Of a stretch of DNA of 64,000 nt, positions 51,324 to 63,031 are shown piece by piece. The DNA comes from Longimicrobiales bacterium (GTDB taxonomy: Bacteria > Gemmatimonadota > Gemmatimonadetes > Longimicrobiales > Gaopeijiaceae). The position numbers and the translations under genes are program-made. Within the stretch, counting starts at the first letter, position 1; each line of letters begins with the position of its first letter. Under the pieces are notes generated by a model. It saw only the letters and a program-made list of their open reading frames with translations, had not been told where the DNA came from and made no database searches. The stretch lies in the NCBI GenBank assembly GCA_965238005.1, contig OZ250165.1, positions 96,001 through 160,000 of the forward strand, given 5' to 3'.

Positions 51324-52382
51324 CTAGACGTGGCTGCGCCGGAGGTTGCGCGCCTCGATGACGCGCTGCCAGGCGACCCGGTCCGCGGCCTCGCTGGTGG
51401 GGATATTCTCGGCCTGTGCCCTCCGGAAGATGCGGAGGAGCGTGTCGTAGATGGCCCCCGCCTTCTTCTTGCTCTGCTCGGGCGTCCAGCCCTGCAGCTC
51501 ACCGTACACGTTGCACAGCCCGCCGGCGTTGATCACGTAGTCCGGCGCGTAGAGAATCCCCTGGTCGTGAATGGGCTGCCCGTGACGCGCCTCCGCCAGC
51601 TGGTTGTTGGCTGCCCCCGCCACGATGTCCATCTTGAGCACCTTCAAGGTGTCGTCGTTGATCACAGCGCCCAGCGCGCACGGCGCAAAGATGTCGGCGT
51701 CCACTCCGTAGACGTCCTCGCTGCCGACGGCCGTGGCTCCGAAATCGTCTACGACCCGCTGGATCCGCCCCTCGTCGATGTCGGTGACCGTGAGCTTGGC
51801 CCCGTCGGCCGCCAGGTCCTCACACAGGTGGTATCCCACGTGTCCGACTCCCTGGACGACGACGTGCTTGCCCTCCAGCGAATCGTCACCGTAGCGGAAC
51901 TGGGCGCACGCCTTGATGCCCCGGTAGACTCCGAACGCCGTGATGGGCGACGGGTCTCCGGAGCCCTCTTTCAGGCCGGTTACCGAGTCCGTCTCCATAC
52001 GGACGTACTCCATGTCGTCCACCGATGTACCGACGTCCTCGGCCGTAAGGTAGCGCCCCTTGAGCGACTCCACCGCCCGGCCGTGGGCGCGGAAGATCAT
52101 CTCCCGTTCCGTGGTCCGGTTGTCGCCGAGGATCGCGGACTTGCCGCCACCCAGGTTCAGGCCAGTGATGGCGGCCTTGTAGGTCATTCCGCGGGAGAGG
52201 CGCAGAACGTCGGTGACGGCCTCGGCCTCCGAGGAGTAGTTCAAAAAGCGGGTGCCGCCGAGGGCCGGCCCCAGCGTGGTGTCGTGGATCGCTATGAGCC
52301 CCCTATACCCGATGGACGGCTCGCTCCAGAAGACGAGCTGCTCGTGACCCCACTTGGCCATCGCGTCAAATATCTCCATCAC
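51324..52382 (-). CDS. ldh: Leu/Phe/Val dehydrogenase
   Basis: LGPALGGTR, GMTYK, GGGK, AEDVGT, GVGHVG, GAANNQL. Confidence 0.9.
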   Translation of the reverse strand: MMEIFDAMAKWGHEQLVFWSEPSIGYRGLIAIHDTTLGPALGGTRFLNYSSEAEAVTDVLRLSRGMTYKAAITGLNLGGGKSAILGDNRTTEREMIFRAHGRAVESLKGRYLTAEDVGTSVDDMEYVRMETDSVTGLKEGSGDPSPITAFGVYRGIKACAQFRYGDDSLEGKHVVVQGVGHVGYHLCEDLAADGAKLTVTDIDEGRIQRVVDDFGATAVGSEDVYGVDADIFAPCALGAVINDDTLKVLKMDIVAGAANNQLAEARHGQPIHDQGILYAPDYVINAGGLCNVYGELQGWTPEQSKKKAGAIYDTLLRIFRRAQAENIPTSEAADRVAWQRVIEARNLRRSHV

Positions 52383-52470
52383 TCCGTTATCTCAATCACT
52401 CCGTCGACCTCTTCCTCAAGAGTTTGCGTTTGCCGAAGTCAGAGTGTGCCGGACGATAGACGTGACTAGG

Positions 52471-53673
<1,203 letters not shown>

Positions 53674-53681
53674 GGCTAGAG

Positions 53682-54539
53682 TCAGGCGTCATACTCGTAG
53701 AACCCACGACCCGTCTTGCGGCCGAGCCAACCGGCCGCCACGTACTTGCGAAGGAGGGGGCACGGCCGGTAGCGGTCGTCTCCCAGCTCCCTGTGGAGGA
53801 TCTCCATGATGCTGAGGCACGTGTCCAGACCGATGAAGTCGGCAAGGGCCAGCGGACCCATGGGGTGGTTCATCCCGAGCGTCATGACCGCGTCGATGGC
53901 CTCTGCGTCGGCCACACCCTCCATGAGGGCGAAGACGGCCTCGTTGATCATGGGGCCGAGGATGCGATTCGACACGAACCCCGGGAAGTCGTTCACCTCC
54001 ACCGGAGTCTTGCCGAGCTCCTCGGACAGGCCGACCACCGCGGCCGTCGTCCCGTCGCTCGTGGCCAGGCCGCGAATGATCTCGATGAGCTTCATGACCG
54101 GCACCGGGTTCATGAAGTGCATCCCGATCACCCGGTCTGCCCGGCCCGTCTCCGCCGCGATGGCCGTGATGGAGATCGACGACGTGTTGCTCGCCAGAAT
54201 CGTCTCGGATGCAACCATGCCGTCGAGGCGCCGGAACAGGTCGAACTTGAGCTCGGCGTTCTCCGGAACCGCCTCGACCACCAGCTGGGTCCCCTCCACC
54301 GCCTCCTCCAGGGAGGTGGTGGGCCGGATTCGCCCGAGAGTCTCGTCCCGGCCAGGCTCATCGATGATCTCCTTCTTCACCTGCCGATCCAGGTTCTTCG
54401 AGATCGTGGCGAGAGCGTTATCCAGAACCTCTTGTGACACGTCCGTGAGACGCACGTCGCGGCCGTGCTGGGCACACACATGAGCGATCCCGTTGCCCAT
54501 GGTGCCTCCACCGATCACCGTAATCCTTTCTATCGTCAT
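53682..54539 (-). CDS. hbd: 3-hydroxybutyryl-CoA dehydrogenase
   Basis: [37 protein letters not shown]. Confidence 0.92.
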   Translation of the reverse strand: MTIERITVIGGGTMGNGIAHVCAQHGRDVRLTDVSQEVLDNALATISKNLDRQVKKEIIDEPGRDETLGRIRPTTSLEEAVEGTQLVVEAVPENAELKFDLFRRLDGMVASETILASNTSSISITAIAAETGRADRVIGMHFMNPVPVMKLIEIIRGLATSDGTTAAVVGLSEELGKTPVEVNDFPGFVSNRILGPMINEAVFALMEGVADAEAIDAVMTLGMNHPMGPLALADFIGLDTCLSIMEILHRELGDDRYRPCPLLRKYVAAGWLGRKTGRGFYEYDA

Positions 54540-54592
54540 GCCGTCCTCGGCTCTCTGAACAAGACTTGTTCCGCGGCGGCTGGAAGCGTGTC

Positions 54593-54778
54593 CTAGTGTT
54601 CCGTTTCCCAAGTTCGCGAGCCACCAAGAGGGTCGGGGCGCCGTGGGATGAAGGCGGGACGACACGGCGTAGCGCAAGCGGGCACCGCGGGAAGCGTGGT
54701 CGTAAGGAGTCCCAACGCCCAGCCCACGGATGCACCGTGCCCTCGACTGGCCGAGACACTTTGGTAACGGGACACTAG
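54593..54778. mobile_element. Non-coding MITE-like element B (186 bp including both CTAG)
   Basis: Imperfect terminal IR CTAGTGTTCCGTTTCCCAAGT / ACTTTGGTAACGGGACACTAG; second partial copy at 17781. Confidence 0.85.
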
Positions 54779-55986
54779 GACTTCTCGACCGAGAGGGCGA
54801 CGGCGTTCCCTCCCCCGAGGCAGAGCGAGGCCAGCCCCGTCTCGACGCTCCGATCATCCATGGCGTTCAGCAACGTCACCAGGATGCGAGCGCCGGACGC
54901 ACCGATGGGGTGTCCCAGCGCCACCGCGCCACCGTGCACGTTCACCCGGTCCGGATCGACCTCCAACTCCCTCATGTCCGCCAGGGCCTGCACGGCGAAC
55001 GCCTCGTTGAGCTCGAAGAGACCATAGTCGCCGACGCCCCTCCCCTCCTTGGCCATGAGGTTCCGCACTGCGGCAATGGGGGCGAAGAAGAGATCCTTCG
55101 GCTCGGTTCCGCTGGCGGCGTATCCGGAGATGGTGGCCTCCACGGTCAACCCATGGGTCTCGGCGAACTCCAGCGACGTCACGACCAAAGCCGCAGCGGC
55201 GTCGTTGAGCCCCGGCGTGTTGCCTGCCGTCACGACCAGCTCGTCGAGGCCCTGGGGAGCGTCCTTGGGGAACGCCGGTCGGAGCTTGCCCAGAGCCTCG
55301 AGGGACGTCTCACGTCTCGGCGACTCGTCGGTGTCGACGACCGTGGTGCCCCGACGCGTCTCGATGGAGACCGGAACGATCTCGGCGTCGAACTTGCCCT
55401 CGTCCATGGCCGCCACAGCGCGCGTATGAGAGCGGAGCGAGAACTCGTCCGCATCTCGTCTCGTGATACCCGCCTTCGCAGCAGTGTACTCCGCGTGCCC
55501 CCCCATATGGCAGTGGCCGAACGCACACCAGAGGCCATCCAGGATGAGCCCGTCCTCGAGCTTCTGATCGCCGACCTTCACCCCTGAGCGGAGTCCCCGA
55601 AGGTAGAACGGGACGTTCGACATTGATTCCATGCCCCCCGCCACCACCGCCTTGGCATCGCCTGCGCGGATGGCCTGGGCGGCCAGCATCACTGCCTTGA
55701 GGCCCGATCCACAGACCTTGTTGATCGTGACAGAGGGCACCGTGGCCGGGATTCCGGCGCTGATGGCCGCCTGGCGGGCGGGGGCCTGCCCTTCGCCGGC
55801 CACCACGACGTTCCCCATGATGACTTCGTCGACGGCGGTGACGTCGATACCGGAGCGCTCCACGGCCGCGCCGATGGCCACGGCGCCCAGCTCTGGCGCC
55901 GACAGGGGGCCGAGGCCGCCCAGGAAGCGTCCAATGGGGGTACGGGCTCCGGCGACGATTACCGGAATCCTCGCCTTATCGCTCAT
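54775..55986 (-). CDS. Acetyl-CoA acyltransferase (thiolase)
   Basis: [32 protein letters not shown]. Confidence 0.94.
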   Translation of the reverse strand: MSDKARIPVIVAGARTPIGRFLGGLGPLSAPELGAVAIGAAVERSGIDVTAVDEVIMGNVVVAGEGQAPARQAAISAGIPATVPSVTINKVCGSGLKAVMLAAQAIRAGDAKAVVAGGMESMSNVPFYLRGLRSGVKVGDQKLEDGLILDGLWCAFGHCHMGGHAEYTAAKAGITRRDADEFSLRSHTRAVAAMDEGKFDAEIVPVSIETRRGTTVVDTDESPRRETSLEALGKLRPAFPKDAPQGLDELVVTAGNTPGLNDAAAALVVTSLEFAETHGLTVEATISGYAASGTEPKDLFFAPIAAVRNLMAKEGRGVGDYGLFELNEAFAVQALADMRELEVDPDRVNVHGGAVALGHPIGASGARILVTLLNAMDDRSVETGLASLCLGGGNAVALSVEKS

Positions 55987-56867
55987 GAATGCATCGTCTT
56001 TCCAGGTTCTGATCCGTCCGGCCAGACGCCGTCGCGACTGGGGCCCAGCAGGGATAGCTGCTGGCCTTGCCGGGGTCGTGACGGGCGGCGGCGCTTCCGC
56101 AGGAAGACCTTCAGGGACTCGAGGTCCGTGACGCCCTGGTTGGCGGCCTCATCCAGGAGTCGGAGCAGGACGCGAGCCGTTGCCAGGGCGTCTCCGTGGG
56201 CCCGGTGGCGAGCCGTGATCTCGATGTCGAAATGACGGGCCAGTGAATCCAGGTTACGGCGCCGGAGCCGGGGAAGGATGCGGCGAGCCATGCGCACGGT
56301 GCAGAGGCGCTCGACCCGAGGAACCTCGCCGATGGCCTCGGCCAGCTGCTGGCTCACGAACCCCCAGTCGAAACGCGCGTTGTGCGCGACGAAAACCCGA
56401 TCCCGGAGTCGCTCGAGAATGTCGGGCGCGATCTGATCGAAGTAGGGGGCAGAGGACACGATGTCGTTGGTGATGCCAGTGAGCGCGGCGATGCGGGGAG
56501 GAATGCCCCGGCCTGGATTGACCAGGGTTCGGTACTCGCCGGCCACGACTCCGTCGCGGACCTCGTAGATTGCCACTTCCGTGATCCGATGCCCCAGCCG
56601 GTAAGGACCACCGGTGGTTTCCACGTCCACGACCGCGTATCGCAGATCGGCCAGGGGAGTGCCGGGCCGTGGCCTCTGAAGAGACCAAAGACCCTCGGAA
56701 TCGACATGAAACCGGGAATCCGAACCGAGGAGGGTGAAGACGGCGGCCGAAGCGGCCCCGGGATTCCCTGAAAGACCCAGGACCTCTCTCGCCAAGTCGA
56801 GCGTGTGCGTGGAACTCCGCTCCAAAACGGAGGCGGCACGGTGGATCAGGCCCCGGTCGCCCTTCAC
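55983..56867 (-). CDS. DEDDh 3'-5' exonuclease (DnaQ-like) with N-terminal extension
   Basis: VVDVETTG, AHNARFD, HRAHGDA. Confidence 0.88.
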   Translation of the reverse strand: MKGDRGLIHRAASVLERSSTHTLDLAREVLGLSGNPGAASAAVFTLLGSDSRFHVDSEGLWSLQRPRPGTPLADLRYAVVDVETTGGPYRLGHRITEVAIYEVRDGVVAGEYRTLVNPGRGIPPRIAALTGITNDIVSSAPYFDQIAPDILERLRDRVFVAHNARFDWGFVSQQLAEAIGEVPRVERLCTVRMARRILPRLRRRNLDSLARHFDIEITARHRAHGDALATARVLLRLLDEAANQGVTDLESLKVFLRKRRRPSRPRQGQQLSLLGPSRDGVWPDGSEPGKTMHS

Positions 56868-57505
56868 TCCTCCCCTTCTTCCTGGCTCAACGCGAAGGAG
56901 AGCGCTTCCAGCTCCATGACCATGTTCACGTCCTTCACCGTAACACGCTCGGGGACTCTAAGAGTGGTGGGAGCGAAGTTGAGAATACCGCGTACCCCCG
57001 CGCCGGTGACCCGATCCATGACAGCGGGGACGGCCTCCACGGGAACGGCGAGGATGACGATCTCGACGCCTTGCTTCCGGGCGATGTCCTCGAATTCGCA
57101 GATGTCATGCACCGTCAGGTCGGCCAAGCGCTCACCGATCTTCGATGGGTCGACGTCCAGAATGGCGACGATGTCGTAGCCCCGCTCCCGGAATCCGCCG
57201 TACTCGACCAGAGCCGATCCGATGCGGCCGACCCCCACCAAAGCCACCCGCCAGCGCCGGTCGAGGCCGAGGATCTTCCGAATTCGAAGTGCAAGCTCCG
57301 CCGCACCGTAGCCAAGCCCTCGCTTGCCGAAGGAGCCGAACAGGGACAGGTCCTTCCGCACCTGTGCCGCCGTGGTGTCGCTGTGGATGGCCAGCTGTTC
57401 GCTGGATACTGTCCTCTCGCCGTCTCGCTCCAGATTCTCCAGGATCCGGAGATAGAGCGACAGCCGGCGGATGGCGGACTCGGAGATCTTCTTCGATATG
57501 GACAA
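56864..57505 (-). CDS. rex: Redox-sensing repressor Rex
   Basis: RRLSLYLR, QVRKDLS.FG.FGKRGLGY, GVGRIG, GILNFAP; start uncertain (TTG 57505 chosen). Confidence 0.93.
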   Translation of the reverse strand: MSISKKISESAIRRLSLYLRILENLERDGERTVSSEQLAIHSDTTAAQVRKDLSLFGSFGKRGLGYGAAELALRIRKILGLDRRWRVALVGVGRIGSALVEYGGFRERGYDIVAILDVDPSKIGERLADLTVHDICEFEDIARKQGVEIVILAVPVEAVPAVMDRVTGAGVRGILNFAPTTLRVPERVTVKDVNMVMELEALSFALSQEEGEE

Positions 57506-57540
57506 CGTGGAAACCCGGTTAAACCCTTCCACACCCTGGC

Positions 57541-57558
57541 TTGTGAAAAGCTTCACAA
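57541..57558. promoter_or_regulatory. Rex operator
   Basis: TTGTGAAAAGCTTCACAA, exact match to TTGTGAA-N4-TTCACAA, immediately upstream of rex. Confidence 0.9.
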
Positions 57559-57587
57559 TATTAGGCAGAGGGGGGCTGAAGCGTCAA
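57558..57587 (-). promoter_or_regulatory. Sigma70-type rex promoter
   Basis: TTGACG-18 nt-TAATAT, -10 abutting the operator. Confidence 0.6.
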
Positions 57588-58402
57588 ACGCGGGCTCTTC
57601 GACCCACCCCCTCTCCGACCAGCTTCGATAGTCGTACGAATTCCTCGGGCTTGAAGGTCTCCGGCCGGCGCGTGAGATCCCAGCCCGTATCGCGACCGAT
57701 CCGGTCCAGGGCTTCCCGGGAAAGGCCAAGGTCGACGTGCTCACGGAGGGTCTTCTGAAACTGCTTTCGCCTCCACTGGAAAGCCGCCCGCGTCAGGTTC
57801 CGGAGGGAGATCTCCTCGTCGAGGGAGAGGGGCGGAGGGACAGTCGGTCTGATCCGTACCACGCTGGAGTCGACGCGGGGCATAGGCCGGAACGCTGTCC
57901 GTGGGACGCGGACCACACTTTCGACCCGGGCGACGCTCCTGACCCCCACCGAGAGAGCCCCGTACTCCGAGGTTCCCGCGGCCGCAACCAGGCGGTCGGC
58001 TACCTCGCGCTGAACCATCAGGAGGATGTCCTTGGGCCGAGGACGCTCCAGCAGCTTGAAGATTGTGGGGGCCGTGATGTTGTAAGGGATGTTTCCCACG
58101 ACCAGCAGCCGATTCGGATATTCGGTGAGGGTGGTGAGGTCCAGCTTCAGGAAGTCCTGGTGTCTGACATCCACATCGGGACGGTCGCCCCACTCCCCTT
58201 CGAGCTCGTCCGCGAGCTCGTCATCCAGCTCGACCAGGATGAGGCGGTCTACCCGGCCCACGAGGTGGCGTGTGAGCGCCCCATGGCCGGGCCCGATCTC
58301 CAGGACGGTGTCCGACGGCGAGGGGTCGAGGGCCTCGACGATCTTGCGCTGGAGATTGGGATCGACGAGGAAGTTCTGCCCGAGAGATTTCTTCGCGCGC
58401 AT
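57584..58402 (-). CDS. rsmA: 16S rRNA dimethyladenosine transferase
   Basis: KKSLGQNFL, LEIGPGHG, GNIPYNIT, MVQREVADR. Confidence 0.95.
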   Translation of the reverse strand: MRAKKSLGQNFLVDPNLQRKIVEALDPSPSDTVLEIGPGHGALTRHLVGRVDRLILVELDDELADELEGEWGDRPDVDVRHQDFLKLDLTTLTEYPNRLLVVGNIPYNITAPTIFKLLERPRPKDILLMVQREVADRLVAAAGTSEYGALSVGVRSVARVESVVRVPRTAFRPMPRVDSSVVRIRPTVPPPLSLDEEISLRNLTRAAFQWRRKQFQKTLREHVDLGLSREALDRIGRDTGWDLTRRPETFKPEEFVRLSKLVGEGVGRRARV

Positions 58403-58437
58403 CGGCTCGCTCAGCTGCGCGGCCGGACTCTGAGCCT

Positions 58438-58486
58438 CGCAAGACCCCTGTGCGCGACCCACTGTACTTCCTCCACAGGCCTCTAG
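58438..58486. repeat. Partial copy of the right end of MITE-like element A
   Basis: CCCTGTGCGCGACCCACTGTACT..C..CAG.C.TCTAG matches 28621-28661. Confidence 0.8.
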
Positions 58487-60060
58487 GTCCTCAGGACGAT
58501 CGCTGTCAGGTCGTCCGCCGGGATGTGTGGAGTCGCGGCCTCGGCCATGTCGAAGAGAGCATCCACGATCTGGGCGGAAGCCGCGCTTCCCTGAGCGGTC
58601 ACCGCTTCCAGGACGGTCGCTTCACCACTTCCGGGCTCCTCGGTGGCCAGTGTATCGGAGAGACCGTCGGTGAAGAGGAGCAACAGATCCCCCTGCGCCC
58701 ACGCGGCCCGACCCTGGTGGTAGGACTCGGGCCCGGCGAAGCCCACCGGAGGGTCGGTGGCGGCCAGACGCTCGGCGTCGCCGCCCGCACGGAACACGAA
58801 GGCATGAGGATGTCCGGCATTGGAGTACTGCAGCTCCCCGGCCGCGGGATCGATGACCACGTAGCAGAGGCTGAGAAACATCTCCGTGGTCTCGAGCTCG
58901 TCGCTGAGAGCGTCGTCGATCTTTCTGAGAACCACGGATGGGTCGCGCGACTCGAGGGCGTAGATACTTGCCGCGCTCATGGACAACGCCATCATCAGAG
59001 CAGCCGGGAATCCGTGAGTCGAGACATCGCCGATCATAACCCCGATCTTGTCGTCCGGAAGCTTGAAGATATGGAAGAAGTCCCCGCCGACTTGCTCGGC
59101 GGATGCCACCCGGGCGGCCACGTCGGCCTGGTCGAAACCCTCCGGAGACTTCAGGAGCTTCATCTGCAGATGATGGGCCAGCTCCATCTCGTGGCTCATC
59201 CGCTCCTGGGCCATGCTCTCCTGGATCAGTCGATTGTTCTCGAGGGCCGCACCGATCTGGCTAGCTATGGCGGACAGGAGCTTCTCGTCACCAACCGCGA
59301 AGGGATCACCTCGCATACGGCCGAAAAGGTTGATGACGCCGACCGTGCGCACCTCTCCGGATGGTGGGCTGTAGCTGATGGGGACGGAGATGTCGGTCGT
59401 GGCCCCCCCGTTCCGCCGGTCGTCGGGATCGGCGCGGCCACCGATGCGCGACCGGCCTTCCTCGAATACCAGGGAGGTGACGGCATCCGGATGGTCGCCA
59501 CGTGGTGGATCCTGGGCTCCGTCCTGTCCCACTGCCGCGGTGAGGTGAAGGAGGTTCTGCCGGGGATCATGCACCCAGAGCGAGCCCCGCTCGGCGCCCA
59601 GCACGTCGCACACTTCCTTCAGGATGGCGTCGGCGGCATCGTCGAGCTTGAGGATCGATCCCAGCGTCTCGCTGATGGAGTAGAGGAGGTTGATCTCCTC
59701 GTAGCGCTCCGACAACTCATACGTGAAGAAATGGATCTCCTGGGCGAAGTCCAGCGCTCGTTCGAGGTTCCCCTGAAGGATGGAAGCCAACGGCTCGAGC
59801 CGTAGATCACCGGAGGGTCGGATCTCGAGCTCCAACGGAGGTCCGTCCTTGGGAGAGATGGACCTCACCACACAGCCGTCCATCGGGGGACAGGTCTCAC
59901 TGCTTTCGGGGGTATCGTAGGGGTAGAGATGACGGGCGCGAGTCCCGTCTTCCTCGACGCTCCAGAGGTGGACGTCGAGGCCGAGTTGCTCACGGAACTC
60001 GTCCAGGGTTTGCTCGACCGGGACAGGAAGGACGGGGCTAGCCCCGCCTTCCGGGGTCAT
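58483..60060 (-). CDS. GAF + SpoIIE/RsbU-type PP2C phosphatase
   Basis: GAF domain, VGGDFF, GDVSTHG, NAGHP, FTDGL, DDLT. Confidence 0.9.
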   Translation of the reverse strand: MTPEGGASPVLPVPVEQTLDEFREQLGLDVHLWSVEEDGTRARHLYPYDTPESSETCPPMDGCVVRSISPKDGPPLELEIRPSGDLRLEPLASILQGNLERALDFAQEIHFFTYELSERYEEINLLYSISETLGSILKLDDAADAILKEVCDVLGAERGSLWVHDPRQNLLHLTAAVGQDGAQDPPRGDHPDAVTSLVFEEGRSRIGGRADPDDRRNGGATTDISVPISYSPPSGEVRTVGVINLFGRMRGDPFAVGDEKLLSAIASQIGAALENNRLIQESMAQERMSHEMELAHHLQMKLLKSPEGFDQADVAARVASAEQVGGDFFHIFKLPDDKIGVMIGDVSTHGFPAALMMALSMSAASIYALESRDPSVVLRKIDDALSDELETTEMFLSLCYVVIDPAAGELQYSNAGHPHAFVFRAGGDAERLAATDPPVGFAGPESYHQGRAAWAQGDLLLLFTDGLSDTLATEEPGSGEATVLEAVTAQGSAASAQIVDALFDMAEAATPHIPADDLTAIVLRT

Positions 60061-60500
60061 GCCGAGGCCCCTCCCGTGAGGTCGGGACGCCCCTCCTCCA
60101 GGCGAAGGACGAGGGTAACGGAGTTCCCTTCCTCATTAAATCGGACTTCGTCCATCAGCGATTTCATAAGGAAGATGCCGCGGCCACCGGACTTGCCGAG
60201 GTTGCCCGGAAGTGTGGGGTCGGGCGCGGTCGTGTGGTCGAAGCCCGTTCCCTGGTCGGTTACACGGGCCGTGACCTCCTGGTCCCGAACCGTCACCTCG
60301 ACCCGAACATGCTTCCCGGGATCACGGTCGTTGCCGTACAACATCGCGTTGGCCAACGCCTCGGTGAGACCGACACGGAAGTTCAGGTTCAGTTTTCGCG
60401 CATAGGCGCAGCAGCTCGAGCAGTGCTCCATCACGTACTCTACCGCGTGCTCGATGGACCGAATGTCGTTCGGTAGCTCTAGAATGAGTTCTCGATCCAC
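60057..60500 (-). CDS. Anti-sigma factor kinase (RsbW-like)
   Basis: EALANA, DQGTGFD, GGRGIFLM. Confidence 0.88.
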   Translation of the reverse strand: MDRELILELPNDIRSIEHAVEYVMEHCSSCCAYARKLNLNFRVGLTEALANAMLYGNDRDPGKHVRVEVTVRDQEVTARVTDQGTGFDHTTAPDPTLPGNLGKSGGRGIFLMKSLMDEVRFNEEGNSVTLVLRLEEGRPDLTGGASA

Positions 60501-60538
60501 TCGTTACCCTCTGCGGGGAATCAGCTTGATCGCCGGCC

Positions 60539-60871
60539 TCAAAGACCCGTCAGGGCCTCTTCGCGGCTCTCGGCGATCCTGAAGAGCGTGTCGAGCTTGG
60601 TGAGCTCGAAGAGCGTACGAAGATCCTCGTTGAGGCTGGCGAGCCTGAGCTCGCCGCCCTGCTCGCGGATCTTCTTGGAAAGTGACACGAGTACGCCCAA
60701 TCCGGAGGAGTCGATGTAGCCCGTGTTGGAAAAGTCGACGACGAACTTGCGCTCGCCCTTATCGAGCTCGTCGAGGACTTTTTGCTTCAGTTCTTGGCGA
60801 TTTCCGACGATGAGCTGGCCCTCAACATCGATGACCGTCACGTCGCCCGACATGCTCACCTGAAATTCCAT
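60539..60871 (-). CDS. STAS anti-sigma antagonist (RsbV-like)
   Basis: YIDSSGLGVLV, LFELTKLD; GGAGG RBS. Confidence 0.9.
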   Translation of the reverse strand: MEFQVSMSGDVTVIDVEGQLIVGNRQELKQKVLDELDKGERKFVVDFSNTGYIDSSGLGVLVSLSKKIREQGGELRLASLNEDLRTLFELTKLDTLFRIAESREEALTGL

Positions 60872-61011
60872 TGTTCCTCCGCTTACGGTTTCGATCCTCC
60901 GGCTACGCAGGCACGGGCGCCTAAAGGGGATCGCGAAACGATACAGGAAAACGCCCCGACGGGGCAATACTCCCGTTAGAGGGCGTGCTCAGGGGAATCC
61001 GTGCCTGCACC

Positions 61012-62010
61012 CTACCCGGTGCCCGTGCCCATCAACGCGGTGATGCAAGCAACGTCGAAGACCTCGTCGGCCGACGCCCCCCGGGAGAGGTCGCTATACG
61101 GCCGCCGAAGCCCTTGCAGGATGGGCCCCAGAGCCCGGCAGCCCGTGATTCGCCGGACGAGCTTGTACGCGATGTTGGCCGAGGCCAGGTCGGGGAAGAT
61201 CAGAACGTTGGCTTGGCCGGCCACGGAGGAACCGGGAGCCTTGCGCCGGGCAACCGAGTCGATGAGGGCGGCGTCCCCCTGGAGCTCCCCGTCCGCGGGA
61301 ACTGCCGGGAGCCGCTCCCGGAAGAGCTCCACGGCCCTGATGACCTTGTCCACCGCCGGGCCGGAGGCACTCCCGAGGGTCGAATACGACAGGAAGGCCA
61401 CACGCGGCTCGTCGTTCACCACCAGCGCACGCACCCTGGCCGCCGCTACCCCGATATCGGCCAGCTCGTCCGGGGTCGGCTCGGGGATCACGCCTGCGTC
61501 CGCGAAGGTGAGGACCTCGTCGTCCACACCGCGGAAGGACGGAACGAGCATGTAGAAGGCCGAGGACACGGTGTCCACCCCCTCGTCGGGCCCTACGGTG
61601 CGGACCGCGGCGCGAATGATGTCCCGAGTGGGATGGATCGCACCGGCCACGACCCCGTCCACGCTTCCCTCCGACACCAGCAGTCCGGCCAACATCAGGG
61701 GGTCTCGCGCCACCTGAATTGCCTTGTTCTCGGACAGCCGTCCCCCCAACCGCTCACGGAGAAGCGCTGCATACCGCTCCACTGTGGACTGGTCGGTGGG
61801 ATCGACGATCTCGATGGCGTCGGCATCGACGCCCGCCGGCACGAGAGCTTCGCGCACGGCCCGGGGGGATCCGACGGCAGTGACGGAGCAGACGCCCTCT
61901 CCCAGGAGCCGGGCGATGGCTGCCGCGGTGCGGGCGTCGGTCGCCTCGGGGAACGCCAGTGTTGCTTGGAGCGCTCGCGCCCGAGTCTTCAGAGACTCGA
62001 GAAAGGTCAC
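61012..62010 (-). CDS. pta: Phosphate acetyltransferase
   Basis: FPEA, AFLSYST.GS, DGELQGDAA, GPILQGL, DLSRG. Confidence 0.9.
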   Translation of the reverse strand: MTFLESLKTRARALQATLAFPEATDARTAAAIARLLGEGVCSVTAVGSPRAVREALVPAGVDADAIEIVDPTDQSTVERYAALLRERLGGRLSENKAIQVARDPLMLAGLLVSEGSVDGVVAGAIHPTRDIIRAAVRTVGPDEGVDTVSSAFYMLVPSFRGVDDEVLTFADAGVIPEPTPDELADIGVAAARVRALVVNDEPRVAFLSYSTLGSASGPAVDKVIRAVELFRERLPAVPADGELQGDAALIDSVARRKAPGSSVAGQANVLIFPDLASANIAYKLVRRITGCRALGPILQGLRRPYSDLSRGASADEVFDVACITALMGTGTG

Positions 62011-62507
62011 TCCCGAAGCACTGCCTCCATCTGCCTGAGGACCGGCTCCGATACGAAGGGAGCCACGTCCCCTCCGAGGCGAGCCACTTCACGTACCAGG
62101 GACGCGGATAGGAACGAGTAGTTCTGATCCGGCGTCAGGAAGACGGTCTCGACTCCACTCCAGAGCTCTCTGTTCATCTGCGCCATCTGAAACTCGTACT
62201 CGAAGTCGGAGACGGCTCTCAGGCCACGAATCACGAGTTGAGCCTCCACCTCCCGTGCCAGATCAACCAGGAGACCTTGGAAGCTGAGACACTCGATGCG
62301 CTCTTCCTCTCGGAAGACCTCCTCGATCAGTTCGAGGCGTTGCTCCACGCTGAACAGGCTTCCCTTCTCCTGTGTGGCCATGTAGGCGACGGCGATGATG
62401 ACCCGATCCGCCAAGCGCAAGGAGCGGCGCGCCACGTCCTCGTGCCCCTTGGTGATCGGGTCGAAAGAACCTGGGTAGATGGCTAGAACGGGCCGATCGC
62501 GGGTCAT
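62007..62507 (-). CDS. coaD: Pantetheine-phosphate adenylyltransferase
   Basis: YPGSFDPITKGH, RGLRAVSDFEYE. Confidence 0.95.
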   Translation of the reverse strand: MTRDRPVLAIYPGSFDPITKGHEDVARRSLRLADRVIIAVAYMATQEKGSLFSVEQRLELIEEVFREEERIECLSFQGLLVDLAREVEAQLVIRGLRAVSDFEYEFQMAQMNRELWSGVETVFLTPDQNYSFLSASLVREVARLGGDVAPFVSEPVLRQMEAVLRE

Positions 62508-63031
62508 GGCTGCGCCTCGAGGATCGAGATGACCGTGTCTCCGTAGCGTCGTTGTTGGAGCCCGGCGAGATCCGGTATAGGATCGGTAGTACGATGCTCT
62601 ACCCAGAGCTGAGATGCAAACGGACTCGCAGCGAAGGACTCGAGGAGCCTCGCCGCCAGCCCCCGCCCGTACGGCGGATCGGCCAGGGCGACATCGAAGG
62701 TCACTCCCTCCAGCCGCTCGGCACATGCCATGGCGTCCGAAGCGATCACCGTCGACTCCGACTCAGCCCCCAGCATCTCGATGTTGGCGCGCAGCGTGCC
62801 GAGTGCGCCCGGGGAGCGCTCGACGAAGACGGCGCTCGCCGCACCCCGGCTGAGCGCCTCGAGGCCCAGAGCGCCCGAACCGGCGAAAAGATCCAGGACC
62901 GCAGCCCCATCCAGAACGGGCCCCAAGGCCGCCATCCACGACTCTCGCACACGATCCGTAGTGGGACGGACTCCCTTGCCACGGAGGGCCTTGAGCCGCC
63001 GCCCTTTCCAACGCCCGGAAATGATCCTCAC
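62504..63031 (-). CDS. rsmD: 16S rRNA G966 methyltransferase
   Basis: MRIISG, RPTTDRVRE, LDLFAGSG, DPPY. Confidence 0.93.
   Translation of the reverse strand: MRIISGRWKGRRLKALRGKGVRPTTDRVRESWMAALGPVLDGAAVLDLFAGSGALGLEALSRGAASAVFVERSPGALGTLRANIEMLGAESESTVIASDAMACAERLEGVTFDVALADPPYGRGLAARLLESFAASPFASQLWVEHRTTDPIPDLAGLQQRRYGDTVISILEAQP

Noticed and set aside
57506..57556. Longer rex start at 57556
   Set aside because: That GTG lies inside the Rex operator, right at the predicted promoter.
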